Below are positions 38,739 to 48,716 of a DNA stretch of 64,000 nt, piece by piece. The number at the start of each line of letters is the position of its first letter. Within the stretch, counting starts at the first letter, position 1. Under the pieces are notes generated by a model, which saw only the letters and a list, made by a program, of their open reading frames with translations, did no database searches and was not told the origin of the DNA. Position numbers and translations under genes: made by a program. Source of the stretch: Candidatus Nitrospinota bacterium M3_3B_026 (lineage in GTDB: Bacteria > Nitrospinota_A > UBA7883 > JBPRGF01); NCBI GenBank assembly GCA_051418015.1, contig JBPRGF010000014.1, forward strand, positions 63,974 through 127,973, given 5' to 3'.

Positions 38739-39071
38739 ATGATGAGAGCGGTGATTCTCTCCCTGGTTTCCCTCGCCCTGCTGGCCGCCCCTTCTCTTGC
38801 GGGTGACGCGCCGAAGGCTTTCAGGAAGTGCAAGACCTGCCACGGTCCGATCGGAGCGGGCAAGGGCAAGCTTGGGCCCGACCTTATCAAGGACCGCTTG
38901 AATTTCGAGCAGTTCACCAAGCAGATCAAGAACGGCTCCAAGTGGGAAGGCAAGCCGCCCAAGATGGAAGGCTTCGAGAAGAAGAAGATGCCTCCCCAGA
39001 AAAAGCTTTCCGACGAGGACATCAAGGCTTTGTTTGACTATATCCAGGCCGCCCAGGCAGCCGCCAAGTAA
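38739..39071 (+). CDS. Periplasmic monoheme c-type cytochrome (Lys-rich)
   Basis: Signal peptide, CKTCH, KKKMPPQ; SD AGGAGG. Confidence 0.9.
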   Translation: MMRAVILSLVSLALLAAPSLAGDAPKAFRKCKTCHGPIGAGKGKLGPDLIKDRLNFEQFTKQIKNGSKWEGKPPKMEGFEKKKMPPQKKLSDEDIKALFDYIQAAQAAAK

Positions 39072-39084
39072 CGACTCTCTTGGG

Positions 39085-39124
39085 AAACCGCCGGATGGCC
39101 GCGAAGGCTCCGGCGGTTTTTTTT
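39085..39124 (+). terminator. Rho-independent terminator
   Basis: AAACCGCCGGA...TCCGGCGGTTT plus T run. Confidence 0.8.
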
Positions 39125-39308
39125 GTCCACGCCCGCAATACACGGGCCCGGACCGGCAAAATTTTTCGGAAGTGACGATTGCATGCCGGATTCGTTTATA
39201 ATATGATATGTTCGCTTTTCCGGTGAGTTATTTTCACCGGATTCACCGCAGAGGGTATATCTGAGTAATATCCCGGAATTGTTCAACAAATAGTAGGAGG
39301 GGTAAGTT

Positions 39309-39629
39309 ATGATGAGAGCGATGTCCGTTTTTTTTATTTCCCTGGCCCTGCTGGCTGGCCCCGCCCTGGCCGGTGGCGCGCCGAAAGCTTTCAAGAAATG
39401 CAAGACCTGCCACGGCCCACTGGGAAAAAACAAGGGCAAGATAGGGCCTGACCTGGCCACGACCAAATACACCTTCGAGCAGTTCACCAACCAGGTGAAG
39501 AACGGCTCCAAGTGGGACGGCAAGCCGGCCAAGAGGGAAGGCTTCGAGAAGAAGAAGATGCCTCCCCAGAAGAAACTTTCCGACGAGGACATCAAGACTC
39601 TGTACGACTACGTGCAGTCCGCCAAGTAA
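39309..39629 (+). CDS. Periplasmic monoheme c-type cytochrome, paralog of 38739-39071
   Basis: Signal peptide, CKTCH, identical EGFEKKKMPPQKKLSDEDIK block. Confidence 0.9.
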   Translation: MMRAMSVFFISLALLAGPALAGGAPKAFKKCKTCHGPLGKNKGKIGPDLATTKYTFEQFTNQVKNGSKWDGKPAKREGFEKKKMPPQKKLSDEDIKTLYDYVQSAK

Positions 39630-39642
39630 CCACGGCTCAAGG

Positions 39643-39686
39643 AAAACCGCCGGACGCCTCCGAAAGGGCGTTCCGGCGGTTTTTTT
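39643..39686. terminator. Probably bidirectional terminator between convergent genes
   Basis: AAAACCGCCGGA...TCCGGCGGTTTT with A and T tails. Confidence 0.75.
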
Positions 39687-40932
39687 ATGACCTTGAGCCC
39701 CTGAGATACGACACCATCTGCCAGGCCGCGCCCGCCGCCGCGGCTGACGAGGCGAAAAGAAGCGCCAGCGTCCCGGCCGGGTGATCGGCCCACAAGCCGT
39801 CCACGGACACCGTTTTCCTCAAAAGCCGCGTTCCGGCCAGCCACAGGAAGGAGAGAGCCATCAAAAGCCCCCCAAGCCCGAAAAGCGCCGCGGGGACGGT
39901 TGTTTTCGCCTTCCTTCCCGTGAGTAGTCCGAGAAAGCTGGCCGACACGGCGATCAACAGGCCGTGGTAATGCCCCGTGAGGGCCATGGACTCCCGGTCG
40001 TCGAGGCTGGGCAGGAGGCCGCCCGCCACAAACGAGACCATGGCGACCGCGACCAGCGCCAAGGCGCCAGACGGCCTGCCCCTCCCGGCAAAGATGACCA
40101 CCGCGGCCAGGAAGGATGTTGTCCCCAGCCCGCCGCCGAGGACCAGCGTCCATGTCATCTTCAGCGTCTGCGACACGGGGTCCTCGAAGATGTAGATCAA
40201 CGGGGTCGCCATGGCGGCGCAGGCCGCGGCGGCGTAAAGGAGGGCCAGGGCGGTTCTCTTGAGCCCTTCATCCCTGAAGCCTGAGAGCATGATCCACGCG
40301 CAGGTCATGAGCGTCACGTGGGTGAACTGGATGGAGTGGCCGGGGCCGTAGGCGACCGTCCCCAGGGAACTGGCTCCGGCGAGGCTCCCCGGCGTGGCCA
40401 GCCATGCCAGCAGGGCGTTCACCGCGGTGGCCCAGGCGGCGGCGGAGGCGGCCATCATCCCCGCCAGGATGATGGGCGGAGCCGCTCCGTCCGGATCTTT
40501 CCCCAGAGCCGCCCATGCCCGAAAAGGGGTCAGCGAGGCGGCCAGCCACGCGGCGTAGACGGCGGCCATCCCGGCGGTAAACAAGGGTGACCCGAAGGCG
40601 GGCGCGTAGTCCACGGGCGCCGGCCTGTCCCACCCCGCCACCGTCCCCGCCAGGATCAGGACGCCGCCGCCCGCCGCCACGGGGCCCGTCCAGCGATATG
40701 ATTTTACCCGTGTCCCGGCGATCCGCCCCGCCATGTTCCAGATGGTTATCTCGGCGGCCGGGATCCATACGTGAGACATCAGGGCGAGGTGGGCCGTGAG
40801 GGTGGAGTAAAACCAGTCCCTCGCCCCGAAGATGAGCGGATACAGGGAGGCGAGGCCGAAAAGGCCCGCCGCCGCCAGCCCTGAAAGCGCCGCGCCGAGG
40901 GCGGGTTTCGGGCCGTCTGGTTCATAGCGCAT
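39685..40932 (-). CDS. Second, more divergent heme-copper oxidase subunit I-like membrane protein
   Basis: LTAHLAL, DYAP, YGPGHSIQF, TGHYHG and LLRKT match the motifs of 36876-38225 in the same order. Confidence 0.65.
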   Translation of the reverse strand: MRYEPDGPKPALGAALSGLAAAGLFGLASLYPLIFGARDWFYSTLTAHLALMSHVWIPAAEITIWNMAGRIAGTRVKSYRWTGPVAAGGGVLILAGTVAGWDRPAPVDYAPAFGSPLFTAGMAAVYAAWLAASLTPFRAWAALGKDPDGAAPPIILAGMMAASAAAWATAVNALLAWLATPGSLAGASSLGTVAYGPGHSIQFTHVTLMTCAWIMLSGFRDEGLKRTALALLYAAAACAAMATPLIYIFEDPVSQTLKMTWTLVLGGGLGTTSFLAAVVIFAGRGRPSGALALVAVAMVSFVAGGLLPSLDDRESMALTGHYHGLLIAVSASFLGLLTGRKAKTTVPAALFGLGGLLMALSFLWLAGTRLLRKTVSVDGLWADHPAGTLALLFASSAAAAGAAWQMVSYLRGSRS

Positions 40933-41043
40933 GGGGCATTATACAATCCCGCGGCGCCATCCCCCCTTCTCCCGGGCGCCGGTTTCAAGTAAAATCACTC
41001 GGAGTCAGCTAACCTCTTCGTTTTGATATTAGCGCGCGGGACA

Positions 41044-42225
41044 ATGAAAACCATCGCCAGCCTGTTGAGCATGGAAATCGCGGGGATAACCATCTACCAG
41101 TTCATCCTGAGCTTTGCCATACTGTTGGCCACCCTTACCCTGCGCAGGGTGATAACCAGGGGGATCATGCGTTGGCTGGAGTCCCGCGCCGAGCGCACGA
41201 AGACGAAGTGGGACGAGACGCTGATCTCCTCCGTCCGTCCTCCCATCGAGGCGATGATCCTGGCTTACGGCATCCTGCTGGCCATAAAGGTGCTTCCGCA
41301 GCCCGAGGAGCCTGTGAACATAAAACGCTTCGTGGAGATGGCCGGCCACGTGCTCATCCTGTTCATCGGGGCGTGGCTGCTTCTGCGGATGGTCACCGTC
41401 GTGGACATCGTCCTAAAGAGAAAAGCCGCCGACCCGAGACACTGGCTGGAGTACGGCATGGTGCCGCTGATCAGCAAATCCATAAGGATAATGATCGCCA
41501 TAGTCGCCGGGATAGTGATAGCCCAGAACATGGGCTATTCCGTGAGCGGCCTCGTCGCCTCCCTGGGCCTGGGCGGCGCGGCGCTGGCGCTCGCCTCCAA
41601 GGACACGCTTTCTAACCTGTTCGGTTCCATGATGATCCTCGTGGACAAGCCCTTCAAGGTGGGGGACTGGATAGTGGGCGACGGATTCGAGGGGATAGTC
41701 GAGGAGGTCGGATTCCGCTCCACCAGGATCAGGACGTTCGAGAAGACGGTGCAGAACATCCCAAACAACATCCTTGCGAACATGACGGTGGAGAACATCG
41801 ACAGGAGAAGGGACGCCGGGCTCAACGTCCGCAGGATCAGCATGACCGTTGGTGTGACCTACGCCACCACCGCCGACCAGATGGAAGAGGCGGTGAAAGA
41901 AATAAAGGAGATATTAAAGACCGACGAGGGCGTAAGCGGCGACGCGCCATGCCTGGTCTCCTTCACGGACTTCGGCGACTCGTCGCTGAACATTTTCGTC
42001 TACTACTTCGCCAACAAGGCCGACTGGGCCTACTATCTGAAAGTGCGGCAGAGGGTGAACCTGAAGATCATGAGGAAACTGAAGGAGCTGGGGCTTTCCG
42101 TGGCGTTCCCCTCCAGGTCGATATACCTCGAGGCCCTGCCTGGCGGCATGGAGCGGGTTCACATACCCTTGCCCCCGCCGTACACCGCGCCGGCGGACAA
42201 GCCGCCCCCGCCGACGAAGGCTTGA
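41044..42225 (+). CDS. MscS-family mechanosensitive channel
   Basis: LGLGGAALALASKDTLSNL, DKPFKVGDWI, GFRSTRIRT, AFPSR. Confidence 0.93.
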   Translation: MKTIASLLSMEIAGITIYQFILSFAILLATLTLRRVITRGIMRWLESRAERTKTKWDETLISSVRPPIEAMILAYGILLAIKVLPQPEEPVNIKRFVEMAGHVLILFIGAWLLLRMVTVVDIVLKRKAADPRHWLEYGMVPLISKSIRIMIAIVAGIVIAQNMGYSVSGLVASLGLGGAALALASKDTLSNLFGSMMILVDKPFKVGDWIVGDGFEGIVEEVGFRSTRIRTFEKTVQNIPNNILANMTVENIDRRRDAGLNVRRISMTVGVTYATTADQMEEAVKEIKEILKTDEGVSGDAPCLVSFTDFGDSSLNIFVYYFANKADWAYYLKVRQRVNLKIMRKLKELGLSVAFPSRSIYLEALPGGMERVHIPLPPPYTAPADKPPPPTKA

Positions 42226-42228
42226 GGC

Positions 42229-44076
42229 TTATCTTCCGCCTATCCCATAAAACGCCCACAGGCCGATGACGGTCACGATGATAAATACAACCGTCATCCC
42301 TCCTCCCGCCTTTATGTAGTCCATGGTACGGTATCTGCCCGGGCCCATCAGCAGGGCGTTGACCTGGTGCGTGGGCAGTATGAAGGAGTTCGACGTGGCA
42401 AGGCCCACCACAAGCGCCGCCATTCGGGGATCCGTCCCCGTTTCCTCGGCCATGCTTATGACCAGGGGAACCAGCAGGACGGTGGCTCCGACGTTTGATA
42501 TCACCAGCGTGAAGACCGTTGTCAAAACCGCGATGACCGTGAGCAGGGCCAGCGGCGAGATGTCCCCCATGACGGCCAGGGCGTTGTGGGCTATGTAGGC
42601 CGCCGCCCCGCTCTTCTCCGTGGCTATCCCCAGGGGGATGAGGCCTGCGAGCAGGAAAACCGTCCGCCAGTCGACGGCCTCGTATGCCTCGTCGATGGAC
42701 AGGACGCTGGTGAGGACCATCAGCAACGCCCCCGTCATGAGGCACACGGAAAGGGATATGGGAAGGCCGAGAATATCCTTGAAAATTACCAGGGTAATGG
42801 CCACGGAGAAGCTGATGAAGGCCGGTTTCGCCTTGCTCAGGCGGAACTCCTCGTATTCCACGGGGACGGAAAAGAGAAGGTCCGGCGAGTCCTTGAGCTT
42901 TGCGAAGGAGCGCCAGGAGCCGTGCAAAAGCAACGCGTCGCCCGGCAGGAGGGGTATGTCGGCGATGCCGGCCATGAACACTTTCCCTTCCCTGTAGAGC
43001 GCCACCGGCGTTATGTCATACTCGCTCCTGAAACGGTAGTGCCGCAGGGTCGTCCCCACCAGCTCCGAGCGCGGCGACACGATCGCCTCCACCAGCCCCG
43101 CCCTGGCGGCGGACATCTCCTCGGCGAAGACCTCCAGCTCCTGTTTCACCTGGAAATCGTAGCTTTCGGCCAGTTTCCTGACGTTGTTCTCGTGGCCGAT
43201 CACGGCCAGGGTGTCGTTCGAGTAGACCCTGTGGCTGCGGAGCGGCGACAGGGCCTTCTGGGTCACGCCAGCCTGGGCTATGGCCACGACCGTCACGATA
43301 AAGGACCGGCGGATCTGGAGCTCCTCCAGCGTTCTGCCGGAATAGCGGAAATCCGGCGGGGCGACAAGCTCGTAGACCTTGCCGCTGGCGCCGTACAGGT
43401 CGAGTATCTTCAGGGCGCCGCCGATATCCACGCCCGCGGCGTCCGCCCGGACGGGCAGGATGAGCTTGCCGAAAACGAGGAAGTAGACGATGCCAGAGGC
43501 GACGAGCATAAGGCCTATGGGGGTGACGGAAAAGAGGCCGAAAGGCTCGAGGTCCGCGTATTCAAGCAGGTCGTTCAAAAGTATCAACGGACTCGAGGCG
43601 ACCAGGGTGACGGTCCCGCCAAGGATGGCGCAAAAGCCCATGGGCATGAGAATCCGCGACAGGGGTATGTTGAGCTGCTTGCTGACCCGCATGGAGGCGG
43701 GCAGAAAGAGGGCCGCCGCGCCGATGTTCTGCATGAAGCTCGATATTAGGGCCACCGTTCCGCATATGGCCGTCAAAAGGTGGGAGTAACCTTTCTTCCC
43801 GAACCTTATTATAGGCGCCGCCACCTGGTTCATTATCCCCGTCCTGTCCAGGCCCGCCCCGATTATTACCACCGCGATGATGGCGACCACCGCGTTCGAG
43901 GAAAGGCCCGAGAAGGCTTCCTTGGGGGTGACAAGGCCGAGCAGTGGAAGGCTGACCATCATTATTATGGCCACCACGTCCACCCGGACCAACTCCGTGA
44001 TGAACAAAGCGACGGCGGCCGCGAGGACGCCGAGGACCATCAATATCTCTATCGTGAGGACGGGGTCTGTCTCCAT
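42229..44076 (-). CDS. SLC13/CitMHS-family transporter with TrkA-C domains
   Basis: SSFMQNIGAAA, GGTVTLVASSP, two TrkA-C regions, PTHQVNAL. Confidence 0.9.
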   Translation of the reverse strand: METDPVLTIEILMVLGVLAAAVALFITELVRVDVVAIIMMVSLPLLGLVTPKEAFSGLSSNAVVAIIAVVIIGAGLDRTGIMNQVAAPIIRFGKKGYSHLLTAICGTVALISSFMQNIGAAALFLPASMRVSKQLNIPLSRILMPMGFCAILGGTVTLVASSPLILLNDLLEYADLEPFGLFSVTPIGLMLVASGIVYFLVFGKLILPVRADAAGVDIGGALKILDLYGASGKVYELVAPPDFRYSGRTLEELQIRRSFIVTVVAIAQAGVTQKALSPLRSHRVYSNDTLAVIGHENNVRKLAESYDFQVKQELEVFAEEMSAARAGLVEAIVSPRSELVGTTLRHYRFRSEYDITPVALYREGKVFMAGIADIPLLPGDALLLHGSWRSFAKLKDSPDLLFSVPVEYEEFRLSKAKPAFISFSVAITLVIFKDILGLPISLSVCLMTGALLMVLTSVLSIDEAYEAVDWRTVFLLAGLIPLGIATEKSGAAAYIAHNALAVMGDISPLALLTVIAVLTTVFTLVISNVGATVLLVPLVISMAEETGTDPRMAALVVGLATSNSFILPTHQVNALLMGPGRYRTMDYIKAGGGMTVVFIIVTVIGLWAFYGIGGR

Positions 44077-44081
44077 CGGTG

Positions 44082-44570
44082 TCAGTATTCGTTGGCGGCG
44101 AGGCAGAAGGCCGGGATCGACCTCGGCCCCTCCTCCGCCTCGTTTACGAACTCCGGCTCCATGAGGACGAGGTCTATATCCCCTCGCTCTTTGTATACCC
44201 GGTGGACGACGCTGTCCAAGTCACCGATCATCGTCGCGCTCTCGAACCCGACGCCTCGCTCCCGCGCCATGCTCTCGAACTCCGCCACGGCGGCCTTCGC
44301 GTCCTCTTTCAACTCGTTTTCTTTTTGTTTTATCTCATCGGGGCCGAGCCCGCGAAGCCTCGTCCGGGGCAGGAAACGATAGTTCAAGGCGACGATGGAG
44401 TATCCCATCCTCATGGCCATGTCCAGGGCGTAGATTTTCAGCATGTCCGAAAAGCCCGCGTCGTCTCCGATCACAAGGAGCTTGTCATAAAAACCGGCCC
44501 CCCCTATGGTCTGTGCCCGCCCCTCGGTCTTTTTCGGCATGATTTCGGCCTTGTCTTGCTGTTTCCCCAC
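44082..44570 (-). CDS. Universal-stress-protein-like small protein
   Basis: KLLVIGDD..FS...YAL.MA.RM pattern; 5 bp upstream of the SLC13 gene. Confidence 0.65.
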   Translation of the reverse strand: MGKQQDKAEIMPKKTEGRAQTIGGAGFYDKLLVIGDDAGFSDMLKIYALDMAMRMGYSIVALNYRFLPRTRLRGLGPDEIKQKENELKEDAKAAVAEFESMARERGVGFESATMIGDLDSVVHRVYKERGDIDLVLMEPEFVNEAEEGPRSIPAFCLAANEY

Positions 44571-44701
44571 GGAATAAAATGCCGCCCTTCACCGGCCGCG
44601 GCGCGCAAAACACCCCAGGAGCCCTGAAAGCTCGCTCCCATCTTAGATAAACCGCCTCTGGAAAAGATTCACCAGGCTTGTTTTTACAGGTGCCGCCGCC
44701 C

Positions 44702-45346
44702 TCAGCCCATGGGGGAGACGCAGTAGTCGTAAAAACTTTGTATGGCCTCGAGGCTTTTCCTGTCCTCCGTCTCAAACTCCACCCCAACGAGGCGAAGGCT
44801 TCTCGGCTCCCGTATGTTCCGCGCCAGGCACCCCAGCCGCTCCACCGCCGCTCCACCGGGCAGCTTAAGCGATATCCATACGGTCTCCCCCACCTCCGGT
44901 AGAAAGTCCCCCTCGAAGGATAAAAGCGCCCCCTCCCGCGAAAGGTCCATCATGGCCCCCCCCTCGGGCTCCGTCTCCTCCTCGAACGCTATCTTGATGG
45001 GGATGAAGGTTTTGATCCTCTCGCTCCGGCGAAGGTTGCGCTCCTCCACGGCCTTCGGGAAATCCACGACCAGTATCTGGCTGGGGGCGAGGTACTCGTG
45101 GTTCACGATGGCGCGGAACCCGAACATGACCCCCTGGTGGATGTACCTTATGAGGACCGTTTTGCCCTTGGGCAGCGAGATGAGCCTGCCGTCTTTTTTC
45201 GGCATGTCCAGCAACACCCACCGGGGAGGGACAATGCCGCGGATGACGGTGGAATATTTCTTGTTCTCCACCTGTATCTGCGCCCCCTCGCCTATGGGAA
45301 TGGCGGCGCCTTCGGCGGCGGCCGGCCTCGGCTCCGTCTCCCTCAT
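44702..45346 (-). CDS. Flagellar-brake (YcgR-like) PilZ-domain protein
   Basis: RRSER and DLSREG c-di-GMP-binding motifs after an N-terminal YcgR-like domain. Confidence 0.85.
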   Translation of the reverse strand: MRETEPRPAAAEGAAIPIGEGAQIQVENKKYSTVIRGIVPPRWVLLDMPKKDGRLISLPKGKTVLIRYIHQGVMFGFRAIVNHEYLAPSQILVVDFPKAVEERNLRRSERIKTFIPIKIAFEEETEPEGGAMMDLSREGALLSFEGDFLPEVGETVWISLKLPGGAAVERLGCLARNIREPRSLRLVGVEFETEDRKSLEAIQSFYDYCVSPMG

Positions 45347-45954
45347 GGCGAAGCCTCCATCCTGGCGGCGGCCATCTCCAGGAATTCAGACAACGTTCTC
45401 TCGTTGTCGTCCCCAAGGGAAACAAAGTCCAGTCCCAGTTCGTAACCTTCCTGTATTCTGGCGATCCTTCTCACCACCGCCTGCGCGTTGTCCACCTCGC
45501 CCCCCTCGCCGGGGGTGAAGGTCAAAAAAAGCGTTTCGTTCACCGCGGCGGGGCGGGGGCTTATGATACGGGCGCCGTTGTGGCTGATGTCGCGGATGAC
45601 CCCGCGCCACTCCTCGAGCTCGTGGCCGGCCAGTATCTGCAGTATCTCGACGGGAATGGAGACGGGGACCCTCTCGCTTCTGCGCTCGGAGTTGCGCTCC
45701 ACACGCTCCGGATAGGCAAGGAGAGCCAGGCTGTGATTGTAGAGAAACTGGAGCAGGGTCGTAACGAACCCGAAAGGCTCGCCTCCCATGAAGAAACGGG
45801 CGACCATTTCGTCGCCGGTCTTGAGGCTCGCGCCGGGTTCTGTGGTGTAGTCCATGTCGATGAGGATATAGCCGCCCTTTCGCCAGCCTCTCACGCGGCT
45901 TTTGAACCGGCCATTCTCACCTTCCATCTGTATTTCCTGACCAGCGATGAACAT
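45343..45954 (-). CDS. Flagellar-brake (YcgR-like) PilZ-domain protein
   Basis: RRSER and DISHNG motifs; stop overlaps the next start (ATGA). Confidence 0.85.
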   Translation of the reverse strand: MFIAGQEIQMEGENGRFKSRVRGWRKGGYILIDMDYTTEPGASLKTGDEMVARFFMGGEPFGFVTTLLQFLYNHSLALLAYPERVERNSERRSERVPVSIPVEILQILAGHELEEWRGVIRDISHNGARIISPRPAAVNETLFLTFTPGEGGEVDNAQAVVRRIARIQEGYELGLDFVSLGDDNERTLSEFLEMAAARMEASP

Positions 45955-46157
45955 GGCTCTCCGCGTGACATTGTTTACACAATATTACAACAAAGCGCGG
46001 CGGAGGCGCCCGGACTTATGGCCGGGTACTTGCCGCCCGGCTGCGAAAAGGTGGATATCCCAGGTTGCCCCCCCCTAATTCATATATAATTCATAGAACA
46101 TGTCGGCTGAAAGCTGACCGTTTCTCCACTCGGGGGGAGAGGAAGGAAACGCCCGTC

Positions 46158-47552
46158 ATGGATAAGCATTCGTCACCAGATCCTTTCGCGCTGTCTCTGC
46201 GTCACCTTGTGGCCGTCCTGTCGGTGATATTCGCCGGAGAGGCCGTCATAATGAGCCTGATCCACCAGTTCCTGCCTGAGGATTATTTCACCATCCCCAT
46301 CGCGTTTCTCGACGCCCTATTTCTCTTTCTGATAGCATTTCCGCTAATCTATTTCTTCTATCACAGGCCGCTTGCGGCCGCCTACGGCGAGTTGCTCCGC
46401 GCCGAGGAGAAAAGACAGCTCCTCCTGGACGGCTCCCCCATGGGAATATACGAGATCGGTCTCGACGGCAGGCTCGTCTTCGCCAACCGGACTTGCGTGA
46501 GATTGCTGGGATACAGGGACCGCGATGAGCTGACGGGCGGGAACGCTCACAAGCTTTTCCACTACAAGTGCGCAGACGGAACACCCTACCCAGTGGAGGA
46601 GTGCGAGGTCCACAAGGCCCACAAGGAAGACGCGGGTACGCACGTTGAGACCGATGTTCTGTGGCGGGCCGACGGAGAAAGCTTCCCCGTCGAATACTGG
46701 TCCAACCCGCTCGTCAGCGATGGCCGGGTCACGGGCTCCATCGTGACGTTCATCGACGTCACGGAGCGAAGAGAAACCGAGGAGCGCCTCCGGAAAACGA
46801 GCGCCCAGCTGATCCGCTCCGAGAAGCTGGCCTCCCTGGGCGAGCTTTCCGCCGGGGTGGCCCACGAACTCAAAAATCCCCTCAACATAGTATCCACCTC
46901 CACCCAGCTTCTGATGATGGACGAGGGCGTCCCCGCCGAGGTCATGGACCAGTACAAGATAATCATGGAGCAGGTGGGGCGATCCGTGAAGATCATAGAG
47001 AACCTGCGCGACTTCGGCAGGGAGAGAAAACCGGAGGTGAGTCAGATCGATCTCCACGAGTTTTTGAACAAGACACTGGCCCTGGTGGAGTACGAGATGA
47101 AGGTGGAGAACATAGACATTGTCCGAAGCTTCGCCGCGGCTCCGCTGACCGTGGAGGGCGACCCGGACCAACTGGCCCAGGTCTTCCTTAACATAATCAA
47201 CAATGCCCGCGAGAGCATGAACGAAAAACAGAAGACCGGCGGACCGGCGGCGCTGCGGCTGGCCGGGTGGAAAGGGCTGCTGGAGGTGGGGACCCGCGTC
47301 GAGGACGGCCTTGCCCGCGTCTCTATCAAGGACACCGGAACGGGCGTCCCAGCCGCCATGCTGGAGAAGGTGTTCGACCCGTTTTTCACGACGAAGGGGG
47401 AGAAGGGGACAGGGCTCGGCCTTTCCATAGCCTTCGGCATCGTCGAGAACCACGGCGGGAGGATAGAGGTCGCAAGCGAGGAGGGCGGAGGCACTGAGTT
47501 CAGGGTGTTCCTGCCGCTGGCGCCGCGGGACGGGGAAATGACGGCGTCTTGA
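46158..47552 (+). CDS. Membrane PAS sensor histidine kinase
   Basis: Two TM helices, PAS domain, AHELKNPL H-box, N-box, DTGTG, FFTTK, GTGLGL. Confidence 0.92.
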   Translation: MDKHSSPDPFALSLRHLVAVLSVIFAGEAVIMSLIHQFLPEDYFTIPIAFLDALFLFLIAFPLIYFFYHRPLAAAYGELLRAEEKRQLLLDGSPMGIYEIGLDGRLVFANRTCVRLLGYRDRDELTGGNAHKLFHYKCADGTPYPVEECEVHKAHKEDAGTHVETDVLWRADGESFPVEYWSNPLVSDGRVTGSIVTFIDVTERRETEERLRKTSAQLIRSEKLASLGELSAGVAHELKNPLNIVSTSTQLLMMDEGVPAEVMDQYKIIMEQVGRSVKIIENLRDFGRERKPEVSQIDLHEFLNKTLALVEYEMKVENIDIVRSFAAAPLTVEGDPDQLAQVFLNIINNARESMNEKQKTGGPAALRLAGWKGLLEVGTRVEDGLARVSIKDTGTGVPAAMLEKVFDPFFTTKGEKGTGLGLSIAFGIVENHGGRIEVASEEGGGTEFRVFLPLAPRDGEMTAS

Positions 47553-47608
47553 GACGGCGTTGGTGGCATTATTATTAGAGCCGCGTTGACACATTTTGCG
47601 GGTGGGCA

Positions 47609-48577
47609 ATGGACCGATTCGACCGTATTTACGCTCTGCACAACATCCTTGGCGCCTCGCGCTATCCCGTGTCGCGCAAAAATATCCAGGAGCGGCTCGA
47701 GTGCTCCCGCGCCACCTTCACGAGGCTCGTGGAGGACATGCGGGATTTTCTGGGCGCGCCCATAGAATATGACCGGAGGCTCAACGGCTATCACTACGCC
47801 GAGACGGACGAGGGGCCGTATGAGCTTCCCGGCCTATGGTTCAACGCCTCGGAGCTCCACGCCCTCTTGACTTGCCAGGAGCTTTTGTCCAGCGTTCAGC
47901 CCGGCCTGTTGGACGGCCACATCGCCCCGCTCAAGAAGAGGATCGGCCAGATCATGAGATCCACCGGGCTGGATCACGGCGGCGTCGGCGGCAGGATCAG
48001 GATACTGAGGATCGGCGGCCGCGCGCCGGATGAGCGGATATTCAAGACCGCCGCCGACGCGACGATCCAGCGGCGGCGGCTGCTCATCGAGTATCGCGGC
48101 AGAGAGCGGGACGAGACCACCGAAAGGGAGATATCCCCCCAGCGGCTGGCTTATTACAGGGACAATTGGTACCTGGACGCCTGGTGCCACATGAGGCGCG
48201 CCCTGCGGAGCTTCTCCGTGGACAGGATCAGAAAAGCCGGCGCCACCTCCCGCAAGGCGAAGGAGATCAGCGGGAAAAAGCTCGACTCCTATTTCGCCGG
48301 GTCCTACGGCATATTCGCCGGGAAACCGAAACACCGGGCCGTGCTCAGGTTCAGCCGGAACGTGGCGCCATGGGTTTCGCGGGAGGTATGGTTCCCTGGC
48401 CAGGAGGGAAGGCTCGACGGCGGCGAGTATGAATTGAAAATACCATACGCCGACCCGCGGGAGCTGATCCTGGATATACTGCGCTACGGCCCGGACGTTG
48501 AGGTGATAGCCCCGGCGTCCCTCCGCCGCGCCGTCCGGGAAAGACTCCGCGCCGCCGCCCGCCAGCACGAGGTGTAG
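47609..48577 (+). CDS. WYL-domain transcriptional regulator (YafY/PafC-like)
   Basis: N-terminal wHTH, ELPGLWFN, ISPQRL..YRDNWYLDAWCH, C-terminal WCX domain. Confidence 0.92.
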   Translation: MDRFDRIYALHNILGASRYPVSRKNIQERLECSRATFTRLVEDMRDFLGAPIEYDRRLNGYHYAETDEGPYELPGLWFNASELHALLTCQELLSSVQPGLLDGHIAPLKKRIGQIMRSTGLDHGGVGGRIRILRIGGRAPDERIFKTAADATIQRRRLLIEYRGRERDETTEREISPQRLAYYRDNWYLDAWCHMRRALRSFSVDRIRKAGATSRKAKEISGKKLDSYFAGSYGIFAGKPKHRAVLRFSRNVAPWVSREVWFPGQEGRLDGGEYELKIPYADPRELILDILRYGPDVEVIAPASLRRAVRERLRAAARQHEV

Positions 48578-48614
48578 GGCGCCGTTTCGCCCCGCCGCGA
48601 AAATTTTTTCCACT

Positions 48615-48648
48615 GCCTCACGGATTGAGGCGCCCCCTGTCGTAATCT
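48615..48648 (+). promoter_or_regulatory. Palindromic candidate WYL-regulator site next to a -10-like hexamer
   Basis: GCCTCA-N5-TGAGGC, then 11 nt, then TAATCT. Confidence 0.5.
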
Positions 48649-48716
48649 GCCATGCGTGGAGGCCCGGCGGTGCTCCGGGCGAGGTGGTGGATTGCTTGAC
48701 AGAGGAGGTCTGGATT

